A stretch of DNA of 64,000 nt from Candidatus Aenigmatarchaeota archaeon (GTDB lineage: Archaea > Aenigmatarchaeota > Aenigmatarchaeia > GW2011-AR5 > JACRAC01), in assembly GCA_016187395.1 (NCBI GenBank), contig JACPJV010000033.1, forward strand, positions 2,151 to 66,150. The letters are read 5' to 3'. The notes below the pieces were generated by a model, which worked only from the letters and a program-made list of their open reading frames with translations, did not search any database and had not been told where the DNA came from. The first letter of the stretch is position 1. Each line of letters opens with the position of its first letter. Positions 16,497 through 25,325 of this stretch are shown here, piece by piece. The position numbers were made by a program, and so were the translations under genes.

Positions 16497-16592
16497 ATAT
16501 AGTGCTGCAAGGAATAAATCATGATATAATAATTCCTTGCGCACTATATGTGAACCAAATCCAAGTCGGTGTTATTAATTTGGTTCACTATA
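16497..16592 (+). repeat. S5 double-hairpin element, copy 1
   Basis: tatagtgctgcaaggaat...attccttgcgcactata followed by gtgaaccaaat...atttggttcactata. The second copy is at 56436-56530. Confidence 0.6.
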
Positions 16593-16680
16593 TTACCAAA
16601 CAGCAGGTGCAGTTGGCGGCTTCTGGGGAGGATTGGGGTTTCCTTGGTGGGCTTTAAACAAGCTAGTTCGTTGACCAAAC

Positions 16681-18549
16681 CTATCTCAATCTTACACATT
16701 CAATCAGCTTTGGAGCAGACGTTTCTACCCTCAGTTCGCTGTGAGCCAGCCGTGCAAACGCGCCTGAAACAGAGCTCTCTCCGTGGTTGCATATGATCCT
16801 CTTTGGAGTGGCTTTCAGGTGCCTTATCCAGTCAAGAAGCTGGCTTTTTCCGCTATGGCCGCTGAGGCCCTTTATAGTTCTGATTTCTAATTTTAATTCC
16901 AGCCCCCTGTCATCGCCTTCCATAGGAACAAATTTCCACCCTTTCTGTATCCTTCTGCCTAAGGTCGCTTCAGCCTGGTATCCTACGAACAAGAGCATGT
17001 TTTTAGGGTCGCCGGAAAATTCCTTCGTATACTCTACAATCGGTCCGCCCTGCATCATGCCTGATGTCGCAAGTATGACGGCAGGCCCAGATATATTCAG
17101 AACCTCCCTTCTTTCCTTGCCCGATCCTATCCCTTTGAGACGCGGATCCACGAAAGGATTCTTCCTCTGTTTCAGAATGCGCAATTGCATTTCCTTTGAC
17201 ATGAATTCGGGATAGGCGGTGTGGATGGCAGTAGCGTCCCACAGCATTCCGTCTAAGATTATTGGCACGTCAAGCCCTGCGTCTATGAGCATCACTATTA
17301 CATCCTGCGCACGCCCCACCGCAAACGTCGGTATAAGCACCTTTCCTCCGCGTTCTATAGCCTCCTTTACTGACGCGATGAGGTCATGCTCTCCCTGTAT
17401 GTGTGAAGGGACATCCTCGTCTCCGTAAGTGCTCTCTATTATCAGTCCTTCCACCCTCGCATAGTCTGTGTAAGTAGGGTTGAACATCTTTGTCTTCTCG
17501 TATTTTATATCTCCTGAGTAGAGAAGGTTGTACAGGCCGTTTCCTATGTTAAAATGGCACGTGCTTGCCCCTATGATGTGGCCTGAGTTTTCCAGGGTAA
17601 GCCTTATGTCTGCAGTTATGTCAGTTACCTGGCCATATTCCAGACTCACGCAGTGTTTCACCATCTCTTCTATCCCCTTTGATGAATAGGGAGCCTTCCC
17701 TCCTTCTTTCTGCGCAACTCCTATGTAGTCCAGCTGCAGTAAAATCGAGAGATCGCGCGTAGGTCTTGTGCAGAACAAAGGGCCTCTGAACCCGTATTCA
17801 TACAGGTACGGAATCAGGCCGACGTGGTCCAGGTGTGCATGCGATGCGACTATCGCATCAAGCCTTTGTATGTCAAATTCAGGGACGTCCAGGTAAGGAA
17901 ACTGGCGGCTACCAAATGCGACCCCACAGTCTAAAAGCACGCGTGATTGCGGCGTCTGCAAAAGCAGGGCGCTCCTCCCTACCTCACGGAATGAGCCCAG
18001 CCCGGTCACGCGTATCCATTCCACAGGCTTGCTTTCTCCGTATATCTTCAACCCGAGATTGTGCAAGAATTTTTTTCTATACCCGGCTTCTTTATGCAGC
18101 ATCCTTCTTACCGTTGCGATGATCTCGCTGTCTATGGCAGGCGTACGCTTGATCTCAGGCGTCCAGAACGTGTTTTTCTTTATGTTTTGTAGCGTAAGGC
18201 CAGCCTTGCCTATGGCCATGCCGGGTTTTTCCGCATGTATAATAACCTTTGCAAACTCCGGTTCAAAGTAAATATCCCTGACGCCGGCATCTGCCGATAT
18301 CTTTTCTCTTATCAGTTTTTCCGTTGTCTCCTCGTCTGCAAGTATGCTTGCATGTGCCCTTACCTCAACCCTCTTTTTTACCTCGCTTACTATGCTTTTT
18401 ACAAGAGGCATGGAATTTTGAGCAAATTCCTTGTTGGAAGTGTAGAGAATAATGTCAGGCCCTTCGTAGACTATTTCCTCTATTTCCGCATCCTTCGGTA
18501 TCTTGCCCTTCACCTGTTCAATAATTCCTACATTTCCTGCGTTGCTCAC
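16681..18549 (-). CDS. aCPSF1: aCPSF1/FttA-type beta-CASP ribonuclease with N-terminal KH domains
   Basis: 622 aa with a GTG start after gaggtgat. Metallo-beta-lactamase motif HAHLDHVG, beta-CASP region and an N-terminal KH-like region. Confidence 0.9.
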   Translation of the reverse strand: MSNAGNVGIIEQVKGKIPKDAEIEEIVYEGPDIILYTSNKEFAQNSMPLVKSIVSEVKKRVEVRAHASILADEETTEKLIREKISADAGVRDIYFEPEFAKVIIHAEKPGMAIGKAGLTLQNIKKNTFWTPEIKRTPAIDSEIIATVRRMLHKEAGYRKKFLHNLGLKIYGESKPVEWIRVTGLGSFREVGRSALLLQTPQSRVLLDCGVAFGSRQFPYLDVPEFDIQRLDAIVASHAHLDHVGLIPYLYEYGFRGPLFCTRPTRDLSILLQLDYIGVAQKEGGKAPYSSKGIEEMVKHCVSLEYGQVTDITADIRLTLENSGHIIGASTCHFNIGNGLYNLLYSGDIKYEKTKMFNPTYTDYARVEGLIIESTYGDEDVPSHIQGEHDLIASVKEAIERGGKVLIPTFAVGRAQDVIVMLIDAGLDVPIILDGMLWDATAIHTAYPEFMSKEMQLRILKQRKNPFVDPRLKGIGSGKERREVLNISGPAVILATSGMMQGGPIVEYTKEFSGDPKNMLLFVGYQAEATLGRRIQKGWKFVPMEGDDRGLELKLEIRTIKGLSGHSGKSQLLDWIRHLKATPKRIICNHGESSVSGAFARLAHSELRVETSAPKLIECVRLR

Positions 18550-18668
18550 TATATCACCTCATAGGACTAATAGGGAGAAGAAACCGCCATCAGTTCTCTA
18601 TGCAGACAGCCTCATCTCCCCTTCTGCTTTGTTTATCATTCGTCCAACCTACTCTCCTTGCAGAAAAT

Positions 18669-19313
18669 TTAATTTCCAGACCTTACAGATTTGTATATGT
18701 TATCTATCTCACTGCGCGACAGATGCCCTATGCCGTCCTTTGTTATAATTGCAACCACAATCTCCCCTCCGGATCCTATGTCGCGCTCTCTGGCTGCGTG
18801 CACTGCCTTTATCGCAGCGCGCACAGCATCGTCTCTGCTCATATTCTCCCTGTATTCATTCTCCAGAACGCCGTATGCAAACGGCGATCCGCTTCCTGTC
18901 GAAGAATAGTTGTCAGGTTCAGAGCCGCCAAGCGGGTCCACGGAATAAAGATGAAAACCGCTGCTGTCATGCCCGCCTACGAGAAGCATCGCCATAAGCG
19001 GGTAATATCTGCTCGATTGCAGGATATTGGACAGCAACGCTGCCGCAGCCCTGACGGTAAATTCCGAGCGTCTTGTGGTCTTATACAGCGCGATCTCGGC
19101 CTTCATCATGCGCACTATGCTCTGCGTGTCGCCAACGCCCCCTGCTGTTGTAATTGCGATTTTATCGTCTATCTCGTATATCTTCTGCGCAGTCTTGCTT
19201 GCAACCAGGTAACCCATCGTGCTTTTTGATTCTGTTGCCAGAACAAGGCAGTCCCTGCATACGATACCGAGTGTTGTAGTGCCTGTTTCCTTCATTTCTG
19301 ATCTTGGATACAT
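18669..19313 (-). CDS. psmB: proteasome subunit beta
   Basis: A propeptide is followed by TTTLGIVCRDCLVLATE. Length is typical for this Ntn hydrolase. Confidence 0.9.
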   Translation of the reverse strand: MYPRSEMKETGTTTLGIVCRDCLVLATESKSTMGYLVASKTAQKIYEIDDKIAITTAGGVGDTQSIVRMMKAEIALYKTTRRSEFTVRAAAALLSNILQSSRYYPLMAMLLVGGHDSSGFHLYSVDPLGGSEPDNYSSTGSGSPFAYGVLENEYRENMSRDDAVRAAIKAVHAARERDIGSGGEIVVAIITKDGIGHLSRSEIDNIYKSVRSGN

Positions 19314-19380
19314 CTAGACACACCTCACGTTTTGCGAAGCAAAACGTGCATACACCTTCAACCTCACGATTCATCTTCAC
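19314..19380 (-). repeat. leader-hairpin unit L2 upstream of psmB
   Basis: cacgttttgc-gaa-gcaaaacgtg (19326-19348) flanked by cacctcac and tgcatacacc. The minus strand ends in gtgaggtgtgtctag directly before the ATG. Confidence 0.7.
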
Positions 19381-19500
19381 AGAATTCTGCGTCTATTAAC
19401 AAAGCGAAGTATTTAAATGTTAACGTATGCCGAGGGGTTGTCGGATAATTCGTTCTTCGCCATAGGCGTATCAATTTAAGCCCGGATACGCCGTAAACAT

Positions 19501-19980
19501 ATGGGAATCTTGCCAGGCAGACTCATAGGAAAACCCCAGCATCATATAGATGCTGCTATTGTTATAGGGGTATTCTTCACAAGAGATGAGAAAATAAAAG
19601 ACGCCTGTATAGCTTACTGCAATTCTCTTGGTTACAAATACGCCGGCAACATCTCCCTCGTATCTCTGGGCGAGATAACCAAAAAATTCGGAGCAATCAA
19701 GTATAAATTGGCACGAGAAGAGGCTATGGTATTTTTGGGAGATTTTCTGCGAAAGAAAAGCGTTAAAATATGTTATCTGGAGGAAGCAGACATAGATTTA
19801 ACAAAGGAGCTAAAAAGGATGAACTACAGATGTGACATCCCAGAACTGCTTTCTCTCGCAGTTGCTATTAGATCGAAAGCAACGGTATTTATGACTCTGG
19901 ATGATTGTATGCTTGAAAGCGAGAAGTTCATAGCAGAAATCAGGAATAAATATGGGATATCTGTTCAAAAGCCACGCTAG
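19501..19980 (+). CDS. PIN-like domain protein (paralog of 6080-6520)
   Basis: HIDAAIV, LGYKYAGNISLVSLGE (compare VGYKYRGIAPLSVIGE in the other gene) and FMTLDD. Confidence 0.55.
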   Translation: MGILPGRLIGKPQHHIDAAIVIGVFFTRDEKIKDACIAYCNSLGYKYAGNISLVSLGEITKKFGAIKYKLAREEAMVFLGDFLRKKSVKICYLEEADIDLTKELKRMNYRCDIPELLSLAVAIRSKATVFMTLDDCMLESEKFIAEIRNKYGISVQKPR

Positions 19981-20119
19981 TCCAAATCTATTCGGGTGCC
20001 GCTCTTCTTTATGGATTTCCACGCCCTTTGATAAGCCTCTTCCAGTTCGTGGTCTGCGAATTTGGGCTTTGGTTTCATGCTATCATCTTATGTTATTGGT
20101 TCAACATTCTTTATAAGCT

Positions 20120-20216
20120 TATAGCAAGCCAACTTAATGAAAGGCATACCAAAAGTTGGTTTGCTATATGGGAAAGCACAAATGTCATGTTCCATTTCAT
20201 TTGTGGTTTCACTATA
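20120..20216 (-). mobile_element. TA-bracketed double-hairpin (MITE-like) element, copy 2
   Basis: The reverse complement aligns end to end with 53017-53112, about nine-tenths identical by eye. Confidence 0.6.
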
Positions 20217-20256
20217 TCTTTAGCGGCTATAAATTGTTTTTATCAAGAAATCAGGC

Positions 20257-20691
20257 ATGGAGCACATCGCGATAATGAAGAAATCTTGGGGACTGACAGA
20301 AAAGATACTTACCGGTCAGAAGAAAATAGAGTCAAGATGGTATATGGTGAAACAAGTGCCGTGGAACAGGATACGCGAAGGAGATGTTATTTATTTTAAA
20401 AATTCCGGCGAACCAGTTACAATTAGAGCTGAGGCTGAGAAGATAGTCCAATTTCAAGACCTTAATCCACAAAAGGTTGTGGAGATTCTGGAGGAATATG
20501 GAAGTCTGGATGGATTGGAGAAAGCACAAATTCCGAAATTCTTCAGCCTTTTCAAAGACAAGAAATACTGCACCCTGGTTTTTCTGAAAAATACACGGAG
20601 AACAGAGCCATTTGAAATAGACAAGAGCGGATTTGGTTCGATGTCAGCGTGGATCACCATAGACAGCGTGGAAAAATTAAGGAAGAAATGA
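20257..20691 (+). CDS. ASCH/PUA-like domain protein
   Basis: MKKSWGLTEKILTGQKKIESRW...IREGDVIYFK fits the ASCH pattern (recollection only). Confidence 0.55.
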   Translation: MEHIAIMKKSWGLTEKILTGQKKIESRWYMVKQVPWNRIREGDVIYFKNSGEPVTIRAEAEKIVQFQDLNPQKVVEILEEYGSLDGLEKAQIPKFFSLFKDKKYCTLVFLKNTRRTEPFEIDKSGFGSMSAWITIDSVEKLRKK

Positions 20692-20707
20692 GGTTTTATG
20701 ACATATC

Positions 20708-20872
20708 TCAATCTTCTACAGGATAAGGTCTGCCGTTAATATGAGGATTGAAACCATCGTCAAGAAAATAAAAAGGTCTTGCATCATTCCACTCAGTTCT
20801 TTCAGAACCTCTCCTTAAACCTTCAAGATCAAAGCTGCCTACATAAGGATTTAGCAGTTCATCGTTCATCAT
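20708..20872 (-). CDS. possible 54-aa ORF
   Basis: Hand translation gives MMNDELLNPYVGSFDLEGLRRGSERTEWNDARPFYFLDDGFNPHINGRPYPVED. It fills an otherwise empty spacer. No family recognised. Confidence 0.25.
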   Translation of the reverse strand: MMNDELLNPYVGSFDLEGLRRGSERTEWNDARPFYFLDDGFNPHINGRPYPVED

Positions 20873-20933
20873 GTGAAAAACTAGCGCGAAAACTATTTAA
20901 GCAATTTTTATCTTTTGCGGGATTACTCATTCC

Positions 20934-21617
20934 ATGCACTCCCCGGATTTCTACAATGCCACCGCACAAAGCTATGACTTGAGGCAGCAGAATCCATGGA
21001 CAGAAATACTGAGAGAAAAGGAAAAAGAGCTGATCAAAAAATACGCAAAGGGCAGAATACTCGATGTAGGCTGCGGCACTGGCTTTCACTTGAAGTATCT
21101 GGAGGAAAAGGGATTTTCAGAAATAACGGGCATCGATTCATCAGAAGAAATGCTAAAGCTTGCGCGAAAAAACACAAAGGCAGAATTATTGGTAGCGGAT
21201 GCGGAAAAGCTCCCGTTTGCTGATGAAAGCTTTGTCACGGTTTTGTGCCTTTTCACCGTTCTAAATTTGTGCGATGCAGAAAAAGCGCTGGGCGAAATTA
21301 ACAGGGCTTTGAAGAAAGGCTCTTATGCAATTTTCTCTGTGGCATCGGTATTTGATAATAAAGGAAGGAAAAGGAAGAAAATACATGTTGATGGCAATCC
21401 TGCGGTTTTCCGCCTTTTCTCAAAAGATGAACTGGAATTATTGCTGAAGAAAACAGGCTTTTCCTTGATTCATTTTGATTCCTTATTCCGCTCCCTGCGG
21501 CCAAAGTGGGGGAACTGGTCGCCGCTGACTGCGCGTGAGAAAGAAGCAATCAGAAACGAGGCAAATACCCCTGTGGAGAAGGGCGCAATCTACTTGGCCG
21601 TTGCTGCGAAAACATAA
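20934..21617 (+). CDS. class I SAM-dependent methyltransferase
   Basis: Motif I ILDVGCGTGFH and an acidic loop LVADAEKLPF. Confidence 0.85.
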   Translation: MHSPDFYNATAQSYDLRQQNPWTEILREKEKELIKKYAKGRILDVGCGTGFHLKYLEEKGFSEITGIDSSEEMLKLARKNTKAELLVADAEKLPFADESFVTVLCLFTVLNLCDAEKALGEINRALKKGSYAIFSVASVFDNKGRKRKKIHVDGNPAVFRLFSKDELELLLKKTGFSLIHFDSLFRSLRPKWGNWSPLTAREKEAIRNEANTPVEKGAIYLAVAAKT

Positions 21618-21642
21618 ATATCTTTCGGTAGCATCTATATCA

Positions 21643-21882
21643 ATGGAGGTAAAGTACATAGATGTGCCAGAGCCGACAAGCACGCTCGGAACAAGGTCGC
21701 TCATGCTCGCAGTATACATCATGGAAAGATGCCGAAACGGAAGGAGAACAACGGATCATCTGCTTGCAGCTGCGCAGAATCTGAGGCTCGCAAGAGAAGA
21801 GGGCTTGGATATTTATCCGAAAGATGAAAGATTCTTACGCTTGGCAGAAAGATATCTCAACGGAAACGGAACGCATCAGTGA
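21643..21882 (+). CDS. small hypothetical protein
   Basis: An internal ATG in track ORF 21535-21882 was chosen because the 5' part overlaps the methyltransferase gene. Confidence 0.4.
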   Translation: MEVKYIDVPEPTSTLGTRSLMLAVYIMERCRNGRRTTDHLLAAAQNLRLAREEGLDIYPKDERFLRLAERYLNGNGTHQ

Positions 21883-21908
21883 ACCAGACGAATCTTCTGT
21901 TTTATCTT

Positions 21909-22016
21909 CGGAAGCCTCCTCCTAAAACCTCTGGCTTTAGCCAGAGGATAAGGATACAGGAGGCTTCCGAGATGCTTTGCTTCAAGAAACCGCAGGCTTT
22001 AGCCTGCGGTTCATAG
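21909..22016 (+). repeat. S2 structured element, copy B
   Basis: In order: outer stem 5' half tcggaagcctcc; ..taaaa; hairpin cctctggc-ttta-gccagagg; ataaggatac; outer stem 3' half aggaggcttccga; linker gatgctttgcttcaagaa; hairpin accgcaggc-ttta-gcctgcggt; tcata. Confidence 0.65.
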
Positions 22017-22034
22017 ATGCGCAGTTTCCAAAGG

Positions 22035-22826
22035 CTAGTAAACCCTGAAGTCAATGCGATACTTGAAAATCCTTGGCCCCCATGGAAGCACTTTCTGTAC
22101 CTGCAAAAAATTTATCCTCCTTTTTATTGAATTTCTAATCTTAGCCTTTTCCGCTTTTATTTCGTCCTCCCTGCAGAAACAGTAGTAGTGAATTAGTGCA
22201 TTTTTCTTCGCGCATTTTTCTGCGCTATTTAAAAATTCTTTTGCCTTCTCTGGAAGGGGCATTATTATCCTGTCAAATTCACCCCTGTATTTTGTCGCAA
22301 GCTTTTTCACGTCGCCTCTTTCAATCTCCACCATATCTTCCACCTTATTCAATGTCGCATTTTTCCTGAAATATTTCACAGCTGAAGGATTCAACTCTAT
22401 GCCGGTGACTTTCGCAGGCTTCGCTTTCTTTGCAATCACTATTGCAAATGGTCCTACGCCTGCAAAGAATACAGCAACTTTTTCGCCCGGCTTTACCTTT
22501 TCAGCTATTCTCATCCTTTCAGTAGATTCACGTGGGGAGAAATATGCCTTTCTCACATCCAACAGAAACCTGCACCCGCTTTCTGCATGCACAACCTCTG
22601 TATTCTTGCTTCCTGCTATTATGCGATAAGCACGCTTTCTATATTTACCCTTTCTCGGCCCTGCCTTCATCAGGACGCTTTTCACGTTCTTGTGCCTTGC
22701 CATGATTTCTTTTGCAGCTCCCTTGGCATTCCTCGCTTTTTCCATTATAGCCACGGCGCCCTCGCGGGAACCTATTATTTCAAATGCAGGGAGTTTTGAC
22801 ATTATAAGTCTTTGGGTTTCATACAT
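22035..22826 (-). CDS. Trm5/Taw22-type (Met-10+ like) tRNA methyltransferase
   Basis: FLLDVRKAYFSPRESTER, VAVFFAGVGPFAI and TGIELNP match the TRM5/TYW2 family. Confidence 0.8.
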   Translation of the reverse strand: MYETQRLIMSKLPAFEIIGSREGAVAIMEKARNAKGAAKEIMARHKNVKSVLMKAGPRKGKYRKRAYRIIAGSKNTEVVHAESGCRFLLDVRKAYFSPRESTERMRIAEKVKPGEKVAVFFAGVGPFAIVIAKKAKPAKVTGIELNPSAVKYFRKNATLNKVEDMVEIERGDVKKLATKYRGEFDRIIMPLPEKAKEFLNSAEKCAKKNALIHYYCFCREDEIKAEKAKIRNSIKRRINFLQVQKVLPWGPRIFKYRIDFRVY

Positions 22827-22833
22827 TTTTATC
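22826..22833 (+). promoter_or_regulatory. TATA-like box for tRNA-Pro
   Basis: tttttatc lies 25-32 nt upstream of the predicted tRNA 5' end. Confidence 0.45.
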
Positions 22834-22857
22834 CTGCCTAAGAACTACCTTCATCAG

Positions 22858-22969
22858 GGGCCTGTGGTGTAGCTTGGTTATCATTCGAGCCTTGGGACAG
22901 ACTGACGCTTCGAAGAAGCGTCTTTTTGCATCATAGCTCGCGACGCCAGTTCAAATCTGGCCAGGCCCA
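22858..22969 (+). tRNA. tRNA-Pro (anticodon UGG) with a 38-nt intron at 37/38 (22897-22934)
   Basis: Acceptor GGGCCTG/CAGGCCC, U8, A14, G18G19, anticodon stem CGAGC/GCTCG, loop CTTGGG..A, T-arm GCCAG-TTCAAAT-CTGGC, discriminator A, no encoded CCA. The intron contains the hairpin gacgcttc-gaa-gaagcgtc. Confidence 0.85.
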
Positions 22970-23079
22970 TTATGAGGATGATGCATGCAAAACTATGGAT
23001 AAAGAAATAAGAAAGATTAGCAAGAAAATTCTAGGCTGGCAAAGCCGGGAAGGCAAATGCCTTCAAAATGGAAGCAAAC

Positions 23080-23310
23080 CTACTCTAAGAGGTAACGCCT
23101 CAAAGCTTCGATGTCAGGCAGAACGGCTATCCTGTGCATCGTGTCCGCATCCGCAACAACAACCTGGCCGCAGCCTGCCGTGCACTTCCGCACGAAATAT
23201 GCAACCATTCCTTCATCGCGCATGCCAAACGATACCATAGGCCCTTTGTCTGATGTTCTGAAAGGACTTGCAAGATAGCCAGCCATTCTTTTCAAAAATT
23301 CCATAAACAC
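23080..23310 (-). CDS. hypothetical protein
   Basis: 76-aa ORF. No family recognised. Confidence 0.35.
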   Translation of the reverse strand: MFMEFLKRMAGYLASPFRTSDKGPMVSFGMRDEGMVAYFVRKCTAGCGQVVVADADTMHRIAVLPDIEALRRYLLE

Positions 23311-23355
23311 TTATGCACCGAAATCTTAATATGCGGAAGGAAGGCAAGAAAAAAC

Positions 23356-23679
23356 ATGGGTGGGATGCAAGGGGAAGGAGTAACCATACATGTCGTACTT
23401 GGAGTTTATGACAGGATTAGGCAAACTGTTCAGCCAGAAGGTTATGGAAATTACAGAACACAGAGATATGGAGATTCTTCGGTTCAGATGCCTTTCAAGG
23501 ATGGAGAAAGAGTTGTTGTAATGTCATGGGCAGAATATCACACGCTCATGGGTGACGGTTCCAGATTGCTCGCTCCTCACATGGAAAATCAGTCACGGCA
23601 CGAAGAAATACCACGCCGCGAAGACCCAAAATATCTGGAAGATCTGGAAAAGGAAATGGCACTTGCTGAAGCGCCTTAG
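23356..23679 (+). CDS. hypothetical protein
   Basis: 107-aa ORF. No family recognised. Confidence 0.4.
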   Translation: MGGMQGEGVTIHVVLGVYDRIRQTVQPEGYGNYRTQRYGDSSVQMPFKDGERVVVMSWAEYHTLMGDGSRLLAPHMENQSRHEEIPRREDPKYLEDLEKEMALAEAP

Positions 23680-24248
23680 TCAAATCCCGTCTTCTCGAGA
23701 AGCTTGTCTATCTGCTTATGCAGCTCTTCCAGCGTGCCGTTGTTTGTTACCTTATAGTCCACGAGTTTTAAGGTATCTTTGAAATCAAAAGCCTTTGCCT
23801 CTGCATTTTCCTGCCTCCTGAATTCCCCGAATGTTTTCGGATCTCCAACACGCCCCCTCTTCGACATCCTTTCGAACCTTATTTTAGGGTCTGCATCAAC
23901 CTGGAGAAGAATCATGCTTTTGCCAAAACGCTGCTTGGGCACAGACGCATCAACAGGCCTTCTGATGCCGTTTATGATTACCTTATCAAAACCACCTTTC
24001 TCTATCCGCTTCACAACTTCCTTAGCAAAGTAGTCTATTCCATGCTTTTTCGTGTATTCCCTTTGTATTGCAAGCAGGTTGTCTCTGTTCGGCTCTTTGT
24101 TCATTTTCTTTGCGATTTCCCTTACAATATCGCCAAAATGCACGAGCCTGTAATCGTACTGTTCCATGATATATTCATTGGCTGAATCCTTGCCAGCGCC
24201 TATAAGTCCGATAACTCCTATGACTTTCAAAAAACCCCCTTCACTCAA
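23676..24248 (-). CDS. P-loop nucleotide kinase (UPF0200 / dephospho-CoA-kinase-like)
   Basis: Walker A GLIGAGKDS, NGIRRPVD and RMSKRGRVGDP resemble the archaeal UPF0200 family. Confidence 0.65.
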   Translation of the reverse strand: MSEGGFLKVIGVIGLIGAGKDSANEYIMEQYDYRLVHFGDIVREIAKKMNKEPNRDNLLAIQREYTKKHGIDYFAKEVVKRIEKGGFDKVIINGIRRPVDASVPKQRFGKSMILLQVDADPKIRFERMSKRGRVGDPKTFGEFRRQENAEAKAFDFKDTLKLVDYKVTNNGTLEELHKQIDKLLEKTGFD

Positions 24249-24330
24249 TGAAATGAATTGGAACTATTAAATAGTTGGACATTTTCCATTTTATTCCATT
24301 CAAGATCCCTTTATTAATTTTTCGCCGTCT

Positions 24331-25125
24331 GTGTTTACCATGGCGCAGGAATATCACGAGGCGCATGGCTCTTATCTTGGCATGAACTGGGCATACGTAT
24401 CAGACAGAGGTTCACGGCGCGAAAACAACGAAGACCGCGCTCTCGTCAGGGAGATGCCGGGGAGGTTGTTTGCAGTAGTTGCAGACGGCATGGGAGGGCA
24501 TGCAAACGGCGAGTTCGCATCAGGGGTTGTGACAGAAGCACTCGGAGATTATTTCTCTGCCAACGCGCATGGCACAACCGCCGATTCAGCGGCATATGCA
24601 AACAGGGTTCTCGCAGAAAAAATCGGAAGTATGGAAGGAAGGCCTGGAGCAGTCGCGGTCTGGTGCGTTGCAAGGCGCGAAAGCGGCGTTTATACCGCAG
24701 AATTGGGCAACGTAGGAGATACAAGGGCGTACAGGATAAGCCCCGATTCCATCACACAGCTTACAGAAGACCAGAGCGCTGTCAGAGAGCTTCGAAAGCA
24801 GGGTAAATGGAATCAGATGGGTCCTGCTGAAAGGAAGAGGATGGCACACGTAGTTACTAACGCATTCTGCAATGAGTTCAGGCCTGAAGAGGTTCAGGCC
24901 ATAAGACTGGAGCTCGCGCCAGGAGATTATCTTGCGCTTTTCTCAGACGGCGTGCACGGAGAGGATGAAGGCAGTGATTTCCGCCGCTTCCTCAGCGACG
25001 ACGAAATAGCGGCAGTTGTCCGCTCCCAGGACGACCTTATGCAAAGATGCAGTAGCGTGGTTCATAGTGCCATAGAGCGCGGTTCAAGGGATAACGCCAG
25101 CGGCCTGCTTCTTTATTTTACATGA
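24331..25125 (+). CDS. PP2C-family Ser/Thr phosphatase
   Basis: RRENNEDRALV, VADGMGGHANGEFAS and SRDNAS motifs. Confidence 0.85.
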   Translation: MFTMAQEYHEAHGSYLGMNWAYVSDRGSRRENNEDRALVREMPGRLFAVVADGMGGHANGEFASGVVTEALGDYFSANAHGTTADSAAYANRVLAEKIGSMEGRPGAVAVWCVARRESGVYTAELGNVGDTRAYRISPDSITQLTEDQSAVRELRKQGKWNQMGPAERKRMAHVVTNAFCNEFRPEEVQAIRLELAPGDYLALFSDGVHGEDEGSDFRRFLSDDEIAAVVRSQDDLMQRCSSVVHSAIERGSRDNASGLLLYFT

Positions 25126-25325
25126 TTGGCAAATCCAAGGGTTGTCGAGTAATTCGTTTTTCTTCGCCTTCTGGAGTGAAGCGAAGAAAAACCCATCTGG
25201 TTTCCCAGAAGCAGTTTTTTCTGCCTTCATTTTTAGGGGCTGAAAAAATTGCCTCATACCTATTTATTAGGCAACCCCGCAAATCCACACATACCTTTTT
25301 ATCATTCACAACCAAAAATTGTTCT

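Noticed and set aside
21909-22016. The S2 element as an H/ACA or C/D guide RNA, or as a hammerhead-type ribozyme.
   Set aside because: There is no K-turn/K-loop GA motif in the upper stem and no RUGAUGA/CUGA pair. There is no CUGAUGA...GAAA core either. The ANA-like triplets after the hairpins are not positioned consistently.
25122-25325. The long N-terminal extension of ProRS, and the similar extensions of 30331-30411, 31092-31556, 36780-36863 and 47713-47865.
   Set aside because: The extensions lack similarity to the family. They overlap neighbouring genes or repeats and begin at non-ATG codons chosen by the track. Internal ATGs with upstream GGTG-like sites fit better.
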